DNA from: Heterodontus francisci
Lineage: Eukaryota
Length of the DNA: 64,000 nt
Reading direction: 5' to 3'
NCBI RefSeq assembly: GCF_036365525.1
Contig: NC_090374.1
Coordinates: 14,921,168 to 14,985,167 of the forward strand
Both the position numbers and the translations under genes were made by a program. Under the pieces are notes generated by a model. The model was not told the DNA's origin, did not search any database, and was given only the letters and a program-made list of their open reading frames with translations. Shown here in pieces: positions 49,338 through 63,418 of this stretch (within the stretch, counting starts at the first letter, position 1; each line of letters starts with the position of its first letter).

Positions 49338-50939
49338 AACCTTTGCTCCATATCCCTCAATATTCTGACCCAACAAAAATCTATCGATCTCAATTTTGAA
49401 AGCTCCACTTGACCTCAGCACGCACAGGCTTTGGGAGAGAATTTCATATTTCTACTTGTGCGAAAAAATCCTTCCTGATTTCCTTCCGAATGGCCTAGCT
49501 CCAGTTTTTACATTATGCCTCCTCGTTCTTGATTCCTCCAGCAGAGGAAGCAGTTTCTCTCTGCAGTAATGGGCATTTTTTCTGGCACATACCCTACAAA
49601 TGATATTAATTCAATTCAATTTCACAACTCACCCTGATGGAATTTGAACTCTTAATCGTTGGGTTGCTCGTCTAATACTACAATCACTAGATTTGAGAGG
49701 CTGTAAAGACTTATTGCATGATTGACTTTTTCTTCCACTTTTTAAAAAAAAAAGATATTTCCTCTTCAGTGAAACACCCTTTAACACCAGAGGTTGGTAC
49801 ATTATAGAGGTAATGGACACATTACAAAAGTGATTAGGTATTTCAGAGGTGTCCCAGTGGAGGTGGTCAGGTTCATTACAGATGTGAACATTTTACTGCA
49901 TAAGGAATCTGCTACATTAGAGAGGAGCAGATATGTTACACATGGTGACCAATGCATTACAGAGGTTCTCCAATGTATTAAAGAGGTGCACTGGACCACC
50001 TCTAAACAGTGCCCAATCACCTCATTAAGGGAGGCACAGGGTTTCCTGGAGAGGCATTGGAAGGGTGAATAGAACTCCTGCCCCCTCACTTTCCCTTCCC
50101 CCAGGCTGCTGTTAAAACACAGCCTCTCTTTCTTCCCCACCCCCTCCCCCCAAGGCCCGTATATGGGAGTTAGGAAAAACTTTGGAATTGCAGGCACTGC
50201 AAGGATTAACACCCCTTCTCTCTACCACCCCTCCCCTCAGTGTCTATGAGAGGTACATGACTCCCTTGCGAGACTGGAACTGTGAGGGTTAATGCCGCAC
50301 CGCCTTTCCTCAGTCTATAAAAGTGCATTGCTTATGCTGGCATTGCAAGATTTGAGACAAAGTCCCAACAGCAGTGACAGGATAGAGGAAGTTAGCACGC
50401 TCTCCAAAGAAAGTCTTTTAATTTCTCCTCGGTGCAGACAATGGAATGGCAGTAATCTCATTTTATATTAAGGCATATTTACTGAATCGATAATCAAAAT
50501 ATAAAGACATGAATTCTCATCAGTACAGTCATTGGGACAAGACCAAAAGTTTACACTGAAGATTCCATTACACCACAACACTGTGGAAATTGTTACTTGA
50601 TTATACAATTATCATATCCTTGGAACAAATTGCGAGACATAATTCTTTGACAATCATCGACTGGTGATAAAATGGTTTTCCCTGATATCAGTGGGTAATT
50701 GGAGTACATAGTTCCTGCAAACATCCCAAGGCCACTTTTGCAAAGTCAAATGCATTCTGAGTTCGAGCTGAAAACATTTTGTGCCGATTTTTCTTCCTCC
50801 TCTGACCCCTGCAGACTTCAACAATTTGCTGGGGCCCAGGTTTGACAGGACAGACCCTTCAGCCTATCCTGGGCCCCAATCAGCTGGACTGAGGCCCAAC
50901 ATTGCCACAATAATTCAGCAACTTTATCAAAAAAGAGAA

Positions 50940-51382
50940 AGACGTGCATTTGCCTAATGCCCTCCATGGCCACCGAACATCCTAAAGTGCTTTATAGCCA
51001 ATGAAGTACTTTTAAAGTGCAGTCACTGTTGTAATGTAGGAAACACAGCAGCCAATTTTCACACAGCAAGATCCCACAAACAGCAACGTGATAACCACCA
51101 GATAATGAGTTTGTGATGTTCATTGAGGGATAAATATTGACCAAGGCAGAGAATTCCTCGGCTCCTCTTCAAAAATAGTGGCCATGGTTTCTTTCATATC
51201 CACCCGAGGGGGCAGCCGATGCTTCAGTTTAATGCCACATTTGAAAGATGACGGCTCAGACAGTGCAGCACTCTCTCTGTACTGGACTGGAGAGTCAGCG
51301 CTGATTTTTGTGCTCAAGTCCTGGAGTGGGACTTGAACCCACAACCTTCTGACGCAGAGGCGAGCGTGCCCACTGAGCCACA
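50940..51382 (-). mobile_element. Full-length DeuSINE (SacSINE1-like)
   Basis: Reverse of the tgtggctcagtggg...gggttcaagtcccactccagg head, Deu core and L2-like tail. Confidence 0.85.
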
Positions 51383-51544
51383 GATGTTATCTGAAAAAGG
51401 CCTTTCATCACAGTGCTGTACATGGGATCTTGCTGTGCCTACATTACCAGCAAAAACACCAAGTAAACTCCTTTGCTGTGAAGCGCTCTTCGAATGTCTT
51501 GAGGATGTGAAGGGCACTATATAAACACTATTTCATTTTTTTTT

Positions 51545-52875
51545 TCATTCATGGGATGTGGGTGACGCTGGTTAGGCCAACATTTATTGCCCATCCCTAA
51601 TTGCCCTCGAGAAGGTGGTGGTGAGCTGCCTTCGTGAACTGCTGCAGTCCATGTGGGGTAGGTATATCCACAGTGCTGTTAGGAAGGGAGTTCCAGGATT
51701 TTGACCCAGCGACAGTGAAGGAACGACGATATAGTTCCAAGTCAGGATGGTGTGTGACTTGGAGGGGAATTTGCAGGTGGTGGTGTTCTCAAGCATTTGC
51801 TGCCCTTGTCCTTCTGGTTGGTTGAGGACACGGGTTTGGAAGGTGCTGTCGAAGGAGCTTGGTGCATTGCTGCAGTGCATCTTGTAGATGGTACGCACTG
51901 CTGCCACTGTGCGGTGGTGGAGGGAGTGAATGTAGATGGGGTGCCAATCAAGCGGGCTGCTTTGTCCTGGATGGTGTCAAGCTTCTTGAGTGTTGTTGGA
52001 GCCGCATCCATCCAGGCAAGTGGAGAGTATTCCATCACACTCCTGACTTGTGCCTTGTAGATGGTGCACAGGTTTTGGGGAGTCAAGAGGCGAGTTACTC
52101 GCCGCAGGATTCCTAGCCTGTGACCTGCTCTTGTAGCCACAGTATTTATATGGCTACTCCAGTTCAGTTTCTGGTCAATGGTAGCCCCTAGGATGTTGAT
52201 AGTGGGGGATTCAGCGATGGTAATGCCATTGAATGTCAAGGGGAGATGGTTAGATTCTCTCTTGCTGGAGATAGTCACTGCCTGGCACTTGTGTGGTGCG
52301 AATGTTACTTGCCACTTATCAGCCCAAGCCTGGATATTGTCCAGATCTTGCTGCATTTCTACATGGACTGCTTCAGTATCTAAGGTGTCATGAATGGTGC
52401 TGAACATTGTGCAATCAGCAAACATCCCCAATTCTGACCTTATGATTGAAGGAAGGTCATTGATGAAGCAGCTGAAGATGGTTGGGCCTAGGACACTACC
52501 CTGAGGAACTCCTGCAGTGATGTCCTGGAGCTCAGAAGATTGACCTCCAACAACCACAACCATCTTCCTTTGTGCTCGGTATGACTCCAGCCAGCGGAGG
52601 GTTTTCCCCGATTCCCATTTACCTCAGTTTTGCTGGGGCTCCTTGATGCCATACTCGGTCAAATGCTGCCTTGATGGCAAGGGCAGTCACTCTCACCTCA
52701 CCTCCGGAGTTCAGCTCTTTTGTCCATGTTTGAACCAAGGCTGTAATGAGGTCAGGAGCTGAGTGGCCTGGCGGAACCCAAACTGAGTGTCAATGAGCAG
52801 GTTATTGCTAAGCAAGTGCCGCTTGATGGCACTGTTGATAACACCTTCCATCACTTTACTGATGATTGAGAGTAG
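51545..52875 (-). mobile_element. CR1/L2-group LINE 3' part, same family as 1783-3125
   Basis: 273-aa minus ORF with [10 protein letters not shown]...FAD, and the same 3' tail. Confidence 0.88.
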
Positions 52876-54824
52876 TATATCACCGTTCCTCCACTGTCGC
52901 TGGGTCAGGCATACCTAGACCCCAAGGACTGCAGCGGTTCAAGGTAGGTCACCACCACCTTCTTAAGGGGTGAAGATGGATGACAACATGGGGGGTGGAT
53001 AATGATAACCTTCTTGTGGCCCACCCTGTTACGCGATCACAGAATGGTTACAGCACAGAAGGCCATTCAGCCAGTCATGTCCGTGCTGACTCTCAGAGCA
53101 ACTCAGCTAGTCCCACTTCCCCGCCGTTTCCCCGTAGCCCTGCAAATTTTCTCTCTCCAGATAATTATCCAATTGCCTTTTGAAAGCCATAATTGAATTT
53201 GCCTCCAACACCTAGAAAACAGATCAAAATTAAGGTAATTTCAAAGGATGCCAAACTGTTGCGAAATCAACCTCCCAGTGAGAGTGACAAATCGGCAATT
53301 CGGGATGGGCAATAAATGCTGGCCTGGTCACAGACACCCACATCCCATGAATATATAAACAGATTCACTATAGATGTTGAAATGACCTGTGTACACATAT
53401 AAATATTTACACAGATTCACACCGTTCTCAACAATCAGTGCAGTGTTTACTGTTGCTCGCCTTTATCGAGTGTATTTTATTCTCACTAAAGATGTAGCCT
53501 TGACTATTTTCTCCAGCAAAGGGCGGCCACTGTCTGACCTGCTCAGAGAGACACTGCAGCTCAGACGGCCAGTTAGTCTCCTCCTCTCTTCACTTCACGC
53601 ACACGGCGCCCAGTTTCCAGAAACGTGGAAATTGGAGGGCGGAGAGGAGCGCTCAGTGCAGATGGAGAGTCAGGCAGACGAAGGACATCAGCCTCATATC
53701 CTTTCAATGCACACGAATCTGTGCAGCTGTTTGGTCAGGCAGACAAAGTTGTTTTTCTCCATCAAGAATTGGATGAAAAAAAACCATGGAACATTACACT
53801 GCACCATTTTACAACTCGACATCGATAGCACTAACACTTTACTCACTAAAATAATCACTCGCATTGAACACATTAAGGTCCAGGAGCCTAACCCACAGAG
53901 GAAACAGTCACATGGTAAACTGACACACAACATGAGGGAATAAATGAACTCACCAATCACAAGGGACCCAAAGTGGTCACTATCTAGGAGCCAATGTGTG
54001 AAAAAGCAGCTGATTAAATGAAACTGTTGATGAAAGGAACTTTTTTTTCCAGAGGTACAGCCAAAGTCTTCCTCAGGCTCATCAAGCAGTCTCAAAGCTT
54101 TGCTGCCTGGGATGGCAAACTGTAAAGTATAACCAGAATTTGGCCCATGACTAATTCCAAAACTAAAACACACAGAAGCTGACAAGATATGAAAAGGGTC
54201 AAAACACACTCACCTAACAGAAATCATATCTATCTCAATTTTGAAAACTCCAATTGTGCCCAGCATCCACAGCCTTCTGGGGAGTGAGTTTCAGTCGCAG
54301 GTTTTTGTGTGAATAAGTCTTTCCCGATTTCCCTCCCAGAAGACTCTAATTGAAAGTTGTGTCCCCTTGTTCTCGATACCCCCATGAGAGGAATTAGTTT
54401 CTCTGCATCTACCCTTTAACATTCTAAACACTTCAATCAGATCATCCCTCAGCCCTCTAAGCTTAAGGGAGCATAAGCCAAGTTTATGTATCTTGAAGTG
54501 TATCAGAACCTGCGAAATCAGCAGTGGCCTTGAAAACCTCTTAGTCATAGAGTCGTACAGCATAGAAACAGGCCCTTCGGCCCACCGCGTCCATGCCGAC
54601 CATAATGCCTATCTATACTAATCCCACCTGCCTACATTAATTCAATATCCCTTTATGCCTCGCTCATTCAAGTACCTGTCCAGATGCCTCTTAAATGTCA
54701 CTACTGTTCCTGCCTCCACCTCCTCCTCAGGCAGCTCATTCCAGATACCCACTATTCTTTGCGTGAAAAATTTACCCCTTTGATCCCCTTTAAACCTCCT
54801 CTTCTGGTAACAAGCCTGCAGTCT

Positions 54825-55720
54825 TTTTAATTTATTCATGGGAGATGAGCACCACTGGCAAGACCAGCATTTATTGCCCATCCCTAATTGTCCTCGAGAA
54901 GGTGGTGGTGAGCCACCCTAAACTGCTGCAGTCCATGTGGGGGTAGGTATACCCACAGTGCTTTTAGGAAGGGAGTTCCAGGATTTTGACCCAGCGACAG
55001 TGAAGGAACGGTGATATAGTTCCAAGTCAGGATGGTGTGGGGCTTGGGAGGGGAACTTGCAGGTGGTGGTGTTCTCATGCATCTGCTGCCCTCGTCCTTC
55101 TAGTTGGTAGAGGTTGCAGGTTTGGAAGGTGCTGTCAAAGGAGCCTGTGCATTGCTACAGCGCATCTTGTAGATGGTACACACTGCTGACACTGTGCATT
55201 GGTGGTGGAGCAGGTGAATGTTTGTGGATGGGGATCCAATCAAGTGGGCTGCTTTGTCCTGGATGGTGTCGAGCTTCTTGAGTGTTGTTGGAGCCGCACC
55301 CATCCAGGCAAGTGGAGATTATTCCATCACACTCCTGACTTGTGCCTTGTAGATGGTGGACAGGCTTTGGGGAGTCAGGAGGTGAGTTACTCACCGCACA
55401 ATTCCCGTCCTCTGACCTGCTCTTGTAGCCACGGTATTTATTTGGTTGGTCCAGTTAAACATTTGGTCAATAATAACCCCCAGGATGTTGATGTTGGGGG
55501 ATTCAGCAACGATAAAGCTGTTGACTGTCACGGGGAGATGTTTGGATTGTCTCTTGTTGGAGTTGGTCATGGCCTGGCACTTGTGTGGCACGGATGTTAC
55601 TCGCAAATTATCATTACAAGCCTGAATGTTGTCCAGCTCTTGCTGCATGGGGGCAGGGACTGCTTCAGTATGTGAAAAGTTTCGAATGGCAATAAACACT
55701 GTCCAATCAGCAGCAAACAT
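54825..55720 (-). mobile_element. CR1/L2-group LINE 3' fragment
   Basis: GAAPTTLKKLDTIQDKAA and the same 3' tail. Confidence 0.8.
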
Positions 55721-55884
55721 CCTGATGTTTCAGCAAATTCAGAGTTTGGATACTTGTTTCGTCAAACATTAAAAGGTAATGGAGGCAAGGGGCTAATTGG
55801 AAAACAAAAATGGTGGCCCCCCCTGTCACGGGTACATATCACAAACAGAAATAATTGCAGCCCACACTCCTAATGTCTACAAAT

Positions 55885-57320
55885 GTCAGTCATTTACAGC
55901 ACAGGTGGCCATTCGGCCCATCGAGTCCATGCCAGCTCTCCGGATCTACTCTGTCAGTCTCACTCCCCCGCTCGATCCCCGGAGCCCTGCTAGTCCCTTT
56001 CCTTCAAGTGGCCATCCAATTTCCTTTTAAAAATCATTGTCTCCACTTCCACCACTCCTGTGGGCAATGAGTTCCAGGTCATTACCACCCACTGTGTAAA
56101 AAAGCTCTTCCTCATATTCCCCCTGCATCTTTTGCCCAAAACTTTCAATCTGTGTCCCCTAGTCCTTGTAACATTGGTTAATGGGAACAGATTTTCCTAT
56201 CTAACTTATCTAAGCCAGTCATAATCTTGTGCACTTTTATATCTCCCCTTAATCTTTGTTCTAAGGAGAACAAACCCAGCTTTTCCAACCTAACATTGTA
56301 AAGTCCTCCATCCCTGGAACCATTCTGGTAAATCTACTCTGCACCCTCTCAAGGACCCTCACATCTTTCCTAAAGTGCGGTGAACTGAACTGGACACAGG
56401 TTGGGGTCTAACCAGAACTTTATAAAGCTTCAGCATAACTTTCCTGCTTTTGTACTCAATGCCTCTATTTATGAAGCCCAAGATCCCATGTGCTTTACTA
56501 ACCAATATGTCCTGCCACCTTCAAAGATCGCTGCACATGCACCCCCAGGTCCCACTGTTCCTGAACATTCATTAAGTATATATTGCCTCTCTATTCCTTC
56601 TGCCAAAATGCTTCACCTCACACTTGTCTGTATTAAATTCCATCTGACACCGCTCTGCCCATCCTGCTAGCCTATCTATGTCTTGTTGCAGGTGGTTCAT
56701 ATCACTGTTTTCCATACCTCCAAGTTTGGTGTCATTGGCAAATTTTGAGATTCTGCTCTGTATTCCATGATCCAAATCATTTACATCTAGCAAAAAAAGC
56801 AGTGGTCCCAGCACCGACCCTCGGGGAACACCACTGTCTACATCCTCCTGTCTGAAAAACAACCATTTACTACAACAAAAACTCTTGTTTTTGGATTCAT
56901 CTGGATAGACTGGGGAAGCAGCGATTGTTCTCCTTGGAGCAGAGAAGGTTAAGGGGAGATTTAATAGAGGTGTTAAAATTATGAGGGTTTTTGAAAGAGT
57001 AAACATGAAGAAACTGCTTCTACTGACAGGAGGGTCGGTCACCAGATTCTGAATAATTGACAAAAGAACCAGATTGGAAATAAGGTGAATTATTATTATT
57101 AATTTTTTTAAACTGAGTTGTTGTGATCTGGAACGCGCTGCCTGAAAGGGCAGTGGAAGCAGATTCAATAGTAACTTTCAAAAGGGAATTGGAGAAATAC
57201 TTTAAGGGAAATCATGCAGGGAAATGGGGAAGGAGCAGGGGGGTGTGGAACTGACTGCATAGCTGTTTCAAAGAGACAGCACAGGCACGATGGACTGAAT
57301 GGCCTCCTTTTGTGCTATAT
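55885..57320. mobile_element. Two CR1 3' fragments: minus 55885-56880, plus 56900-57320
   Basis: Minus [13 protein letters not shown]...FANDTK, and a plus-strand CR1 3' end. Confidence 0.75.
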
Positions 57321-58082
57321 GATACTACTGGCTGTAGCCTGCTCATCTCTTGTCACAGTTAGCACAAGAGAGAGGCATACAGCAGATTGGAACAACACTA
57401 GGACAATGTTCACGTACAGGGAACGCTGCACGACATTGTAACAGACAGAATTAGATCGCTGTACCTCCAAACACCAAATTAAAATGTTACTCAATGACAC
57501 CCGAAGATCAACTTAGAAATTCACACCATTTTCAGTACAAACATGTGTAGGCATCAGACCAGGTGAGTAAATGGTCAGATGTGGCAGCAACAGTTCAATA
57601 CGCAGGTGTGCCAGGTGCAGTACAGACACAGTCTCACAACCTGACTTCAGCCACACTGTGCTGGACGGGCATACAACTCACTACCATCGTGTTGCGCAAC
57701 ACTGGAAAGCAATCGGGGCAGTTGACCTCAACGAGTCCTCGGAAACTCAGTTCCTAGCAACCAGCGAAAGGGTGGTCTCGGATTGTTTAATCTCTAAACC
57801 TATTTCCAGTGAGCTCTGTTAGTCCCAAATGCTCAGTGTCTGGTATTCCTTTTAAAATAGCACAACTCCTAGTCCCAGGAAAGCCAAGTGGATCCATAAA
57901 GCCACTGCAGTTTACAGCACAGCAGTCTGCCATTGTGCCTGCTTATGTCCTACAACGCTAAGCAGTTCATATCCTGCAGGGCAATACATGTCACGCTGAT
58001 GCCAATCATGTTAGCCAGAGCAGCTATGATAATCATGTGACCTTGTCACTGCTTTGATAAGAAGCTTGTGGTTAGACGAGAT

Positions 58083-58495
58083 GGTGGCATAGTGATGATG
58101 CCACTGGACTAGTAATGCAGAGGCCCAGGCTAATGCTCCAGGGACATGGGTTCAAAACCCATGACAGCTGGTGGAATTTAAATTCAATTAATTAATAAAT
58201 GCAATTAATTAACAAAAAAAATCTGGCATTGAAAGTTAGTCTCTCAGTAACGGTGCCATGAAACTATCGATTGTCGTAAAAAATCCATCTGGTTCACTGA
58301 TGTCCTTAAGGGAAGGAAATCTGCCATCCTTACCTGGTCTGGCCTACATGTGACTCCAGACCCACAGCAATGTGGTTGACTCTTAACTGCCCTCTGAAAT
58401 GGCCTAGCGAGACATCAGTTGTCAAGGGCAATTAGGGATGGGCAACAAACGCTGGCCTTGTCAGTGACGTCTACATTTCATGAAAGAATTTAAAA
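58083..58495 (+). mobile_element. tRNA-derived SINE with a tail shared with the CR1/L2-group LINE
   Basis: ggtggcatagtg...ggttcaaaaccc head and gggcaattagggatgggcaac tail. Other copies at 58500-58822(-), 59900-60310(-), 63715-64000(-) and 15120-15265(-). Confidence 0.8.
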
Positions 58496-61324
58496 AGCCC
58501 CCTTCTTGAATCACTGGTAGCAGTTTGATATGATGGAATGGCTTTCTGCGTCACTTCAGAAGGCAGTTAAGAGTCAACCACGTTGATGTGGGATTGGAAT
58601 CACATTTTGGCCAGACAGGGCAAGGATGGCAAATTTCCTTCCCTGAAGGACACTAGTGAACCAGATAGCTTTTTCTGGCAATCTGGTAGTTTCAAGGTCC
58701 ACTATTACTGATATCAACTTCCCAATCCAGATTCCTCAGCTGCAGTGGTGCAATTATAAACTCATGTCTCTGATCAGGTCTCTGGATTACTAGTGCAGTA
58801 ACATAATCACTGCACTACCATACTCTTTAATGAACCTGCTGGGCTTTTACAGCAATCTGACAGCTTTCATGGTAATTTATGCTCACCCTGGGGGCAGCCA
58901 GATACTCTGCTGATTGGTTATTCCCATGCTCCAGAATATTCCGATGGTATGATTATCGACCGTGCATTTAACATGCCCTGGTGAGAATCCAGATCCCATT
59001 ACAACATGTTCTCCAGTCACACAGCACAACATAAAACTGCATCAAATGCTAATGTTAGCGGCACAGCCACATTGAATTATAAACACTGCCTCTAAGCAGC
59101 TGAAATTTCACAACTTGACGAGACCAACAATCTACTCAGAGCACAAACACTCAGTATGATTTACTTTGCGCACAAACGCGCTACATAATACTTTGCGGTG
59201 CGCTCACTGCATGCTCTGCACGTGCCCATGGTACGCACTGAAAGTTTAACTTGGTTAGGCCAAACAATATACTTTGAGCTCAAATACACACTTACACACA
59301 GTACAATATACTTCGTGCACCTGCACAGTACAGTATAGTATAGTATGTGCATACACACAGGACAACATACTTTGGACACTATGCCATACTTTGCCTGAGT
59401 GCCTAATGTACGACATATTTTGTGCTCACACAGTACAACATGCTATGTACACACACAGTATGTTCGCTGTAAGTCAATAGATAAAATATGTTGGCATGAC
59501 ATCCTTACAGTATGCACATCTTAAACTGTTGAAACGCATGACCTAAAAACTCAATATGGCTCTTGCTAAAGACATATTTTAAAATTAGCATAGAATAAAA
59601 ATTAAATCACATTCGTAAACTACAGTACATTATTGTAAAAGTTCCATGTGTACGATAAATTAAAATTCAATTATCTGTACCTTGTGAGAAATGGTTCTCT
59701 TTCGTGTACAAACTTAACCCAACAATGGATTCAGAGTTGAGACCACCCAGCCTGTGATGATTGGCTGACTGGTGTCCAGTTTAAAATGCCCCTTTGGGTT
59801 CAGAGTTCAGCCCTCTCAGCTGTCCAAGCAAAAAAGGGCCTCGACTAAAACAAATGCACCGTTACGGCCGCGTTTGAATTTAGTGCAGAATTGCTATTTT
59901 AAAATATTTATTCACAGGATGCGGGCGTTGCCACAAAGTCCAGCATTTATGGCCCATTTCTCGTTATACTCAGGAGGTGGCGGTGAACCTCCTTCTTGAA
60001 TAACAGAGACAAAGCGGCTTGCTGGGCCACTTCAGGGACAGTTGAAAGTCAATCACGTTGGCGTGAGATTGTAGTCTAATATAGACCCAGACCAGGTAAG
60101 GAGGACAGGTTTCCTTCCCTAAGAGACTTTGGGTTTTTAACGACAATCCAACAGATGCTTGCTCACCTTTATTGACACCAGCTTTTTATTCCCAGATTTT
60201 TTCCCCTCCTAATTCTCAAACTGTCATGGTGGGATTTGGTCTCACTTTCTTTGGATTATTAATCCAGGCCGCTGGATTTTCAGTCCAGTAACAAAAGCAT
60301 TGCACGGCTGTATCCAGTTCTAGGTTGAGGGAAGATTGACAAATTTACAAAAATTGAAAAAAAAATAAAGATTCCCACTGTAAAAAAAAAGGATTTTTGC
60401 ATTGCCAAAATTTGCAGAGTGATCACAAGAGGGTGTAAGGCAAGACCTCAGTTTGGTATTTAGCGTTTTGCTGTTTCGCCATGTGATATCAGAGCGTGCT
60501 CACACAGGAGAGAAGACTGAACAGAAGTGTACAAGACAAGGATGGTCATTACATGTGATGCGAGTTACAGACCAGTACTCCATTCAGAGCTGGGCAGTTG
60601 TTTGGCATAGATCCCTGGTAACAACCAATTCACAAGAAGCACTTGGCCATTCGAAAAGATGCTTAGCAACGAGCAACTCTTTCAACCTCAGTGGGACAGG
60701 CAGAGATGCTTATAAAAATTAGAGACACGGAAATCAGTTGGGCTGCCAGGGGAGCACATTCTGCCCTGGCCAGGGAGAGTTGGTGCTTTCACATTCAGTG
60801 AGCTGTTTATTTTTTTTTTTGAATCGTATGCAAGATGAACTTAAAGGGATTGTCCCAGGTGATTCCCATCAAACTTGGTGATCTTTACATTTTTGACCTC
60901 TTCTGCAATGGGAATAAAGCAACTTACAAATAGAACCAACAGGGTTGGTTTGGCCTGGTTCCACAGAGATTGCCTGATCACAGTCAGAACATGAAGGAGT
61001 TTCGTTATTGCACTACCCAGGGCTAGTACACACAGGGCAGTGGGAATCAAACTTCTATTAGACTGCTGAAAGTGAGCAAATAACTACACATAGCCACGAC
61101 AGACCTGAATTTGTAGCACCGTTGAAATTAGATCACCTGCATAGAAATCTAGAACGCCTCCGAGCTTCTTGATGCAGTCTGCATCTGGGTGGGTATTATC
61201 GGCCTGATGGATTCAGACTTGGGACAGAATGGGAACGGCAGTGACACAGGCTTCAGGGGGAGGGAAGCTGCGTAATGAGGCAGCTTGCTATTCTGTGCTA
61301 GATGTTAACAAGATCTCTTTCTCC

Positions 61325-62118
61325 AAACACAAAAGCAAAACACTGCAGGTCCCGGAAATCTGAAACAAGAACAAAAATTGCTGGAAACAAACAGTAGGTC
61401 TGGCAGCATCTGCGGAGAGAGGAACAGAGTTAATGTTTCAGGTCTATGACTTTCATCAGAACCAGGAAAAGTCAGAATAAAGTTAAGGCTATGGGGATAG
61501 AGCGGGGAATGGGATTGCTCTACAGAGAACTGGCATGGACCTAATTGGCCGATGGGCTCCTCAAGTGCTGTAATGTCTCTGCAAAAATGACAGGTGATTT
61601 TAATTCTCCATCTGACTCCCACTCAGATTTCTGTCCTCAGCCTCCTGCAGTGTTCCAATGAAGCTCAATGCGAGCTCGAGGAACAGCACTTCATCTTTCA
61701 ACTGGGCACTTTACAGCCTTCCAGACTCAACACGGAGTTCAACAATTTCAGATCATAACCTCGGCCCCCATTTTCTTTGGTTTGTTTTGTTTTCTCATTT
61801 TTTTCATTTTCAGATGGCAGCTGTTCATGATCCTGCCATTCACACCTTCTCTAGACACATATTGTTTCTTTATTTGTTTTATTACCACTCTCTTTGGCCT
61901 TGCACTGTAAAACCCTTTGTCATTTAATCTCTCCTGCCCTATCACAGACCTTCCCTTTTCTTCTCCCCCACCTCCCCTCTTTCACTTGCTCAAAACCTCA
62001 CCCATTTCTAACTTTTGCCAGTTCTAATGAAAGGTCACAGACCTAAAATGTTAACTGTTTCTCTCTCCATGGATGCTGCCAGACCTGTTGCGTGCTTCCA
62101 GTATTTTCTGTCTTTGTC
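61325..62118 (+). mobile_element. Penelope-like element 3' fragment with inverted pseudo-LTR
   Basis: GIY-YIG C-terminus SVLSLLQCSNEAQCELEEQHFIFQLGTLQPSRLNTEFNNFR at about 61630-61752. Segments 61330-61465 and 62019-62118 are inverted copies. Confidence 0.8.
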
Positions 62119-62219
62119 TTTTGTTTTTCTCATCTGGCTCTGAATTATTAGGAACAAAAGTGTAGGACAGTCAGCTCATTGAGAATGTTCCAATAGTGCC
62201 CACAGGGCAGAACTCCCCA

Positions 62220-62450
62220 CCTCTGCTTCAAAATAGTGGTTGTAAGCTCGTTCACATCCACCTGAGGGGGAAAACGGGGCCATCAGTTTAAAATCTCATC
62301 CAAAGAAAGGCATATTTGATAGTGCTGCACTCCCTCAGTAGTGCATTACAGTGTCAGCCTTGGATTTTGTGCTCGGATCTCTGGCGTGGGACTTGTACCC
62401 ACAACCTCCTGACTCAGAGGCCAGTGTGCTACCCACTGGGTCGCAGCTGA
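62220..62450 (-). mobile_element. DeuSINE (SacSINE1-like) 5' part
   Basis: Reverse of the head ctctgagtcagga..gttgtgggtacaagtcccac and the Deu core. Confidence 0.7.
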
Positions 62451-63418
62451 CATCTAACTAATTAAATATAACTCCGTGGGAGCAGTGGAAATTTAATCTC
62501 CAATTCGCTGCACCGTAGACTGAATGGAGCTGGCAGATTCCCCACACTCCCAAACCCCCTCAGTCTCATCAGAAGGGGGCAGATATAGGCTAAGAAGTCA
62601 GAAAGGGAGAAGGATTTGTGCGTCTCATCAAAATAGGTTACAGAGCAGCAATAATGGAAATCTTGGGGGAATGAGGTGACGGGCTCTTGATTGGGTTAAG
62701 GGACAACTGAAATATAGAATGAGCTTGCACCTTAGCTACAGAGCTACAAGTGACGGGCATCTGCCAGCAGGAAGAGGACAGTTCCTGTCTGTCACTATAA
62801 AACTCACAGCTATTTGTGCTTCTTAATCCAGAAAATGCCAAATAAAATTAAAAATTGTTCACCCGACACACAGCCCAAAAGCTGAGGAAACAAAACTTCC
62901 AAATTGCCTCTCACCCCACCCTGGATTCCAAACCTCCTGAATTTGGCCGAGTAGCAGCTTTACAGAACGACTCAATGATGAAAATTTTACAAAAAAAAAT
63001 AAAATAAAATAAAAACCTGGCCCAAGCAGATGAATGGCAACGTGCCGCTAAATGAGGGCAGAACAAAGCGACATTTGTCAACGTTTAACTGTTTGGGTAG
63101 AATCCAGTGGTTGCCATGGCACTGCCTGTCAACCTGAGATATATCTTGGCTCAATGGCAATTAGTTAGCTATGATCATTCCACCACCCCCCTCCCCCCTC
63201 TTCCCATTTATCATTCATCCAGTTACGCACGTGCTCCAAACTGTAGCAAATGCAAACTGCAATGAGACGGGGGACGGGAGCTTGTCAATAATCCACGAGT
63301 GGGTCCGTCGCTGGTCCTGCGGGCTTTGCTTTCCGAAAATTGGTGGAAATTTTTACTCTGCCAGAGGATATCCCGACACCGTCTACACGCGGAGGAAGTA
63401 ACCGTGCAGGATCCACCC

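Noticed and set aside
53389-54209. 184-aa (+) and 171-aa (-) ORFs in non-repeat sequence
   Set aside because: No recognisable motifs, non-ATG starts and no convincing splice pairs.
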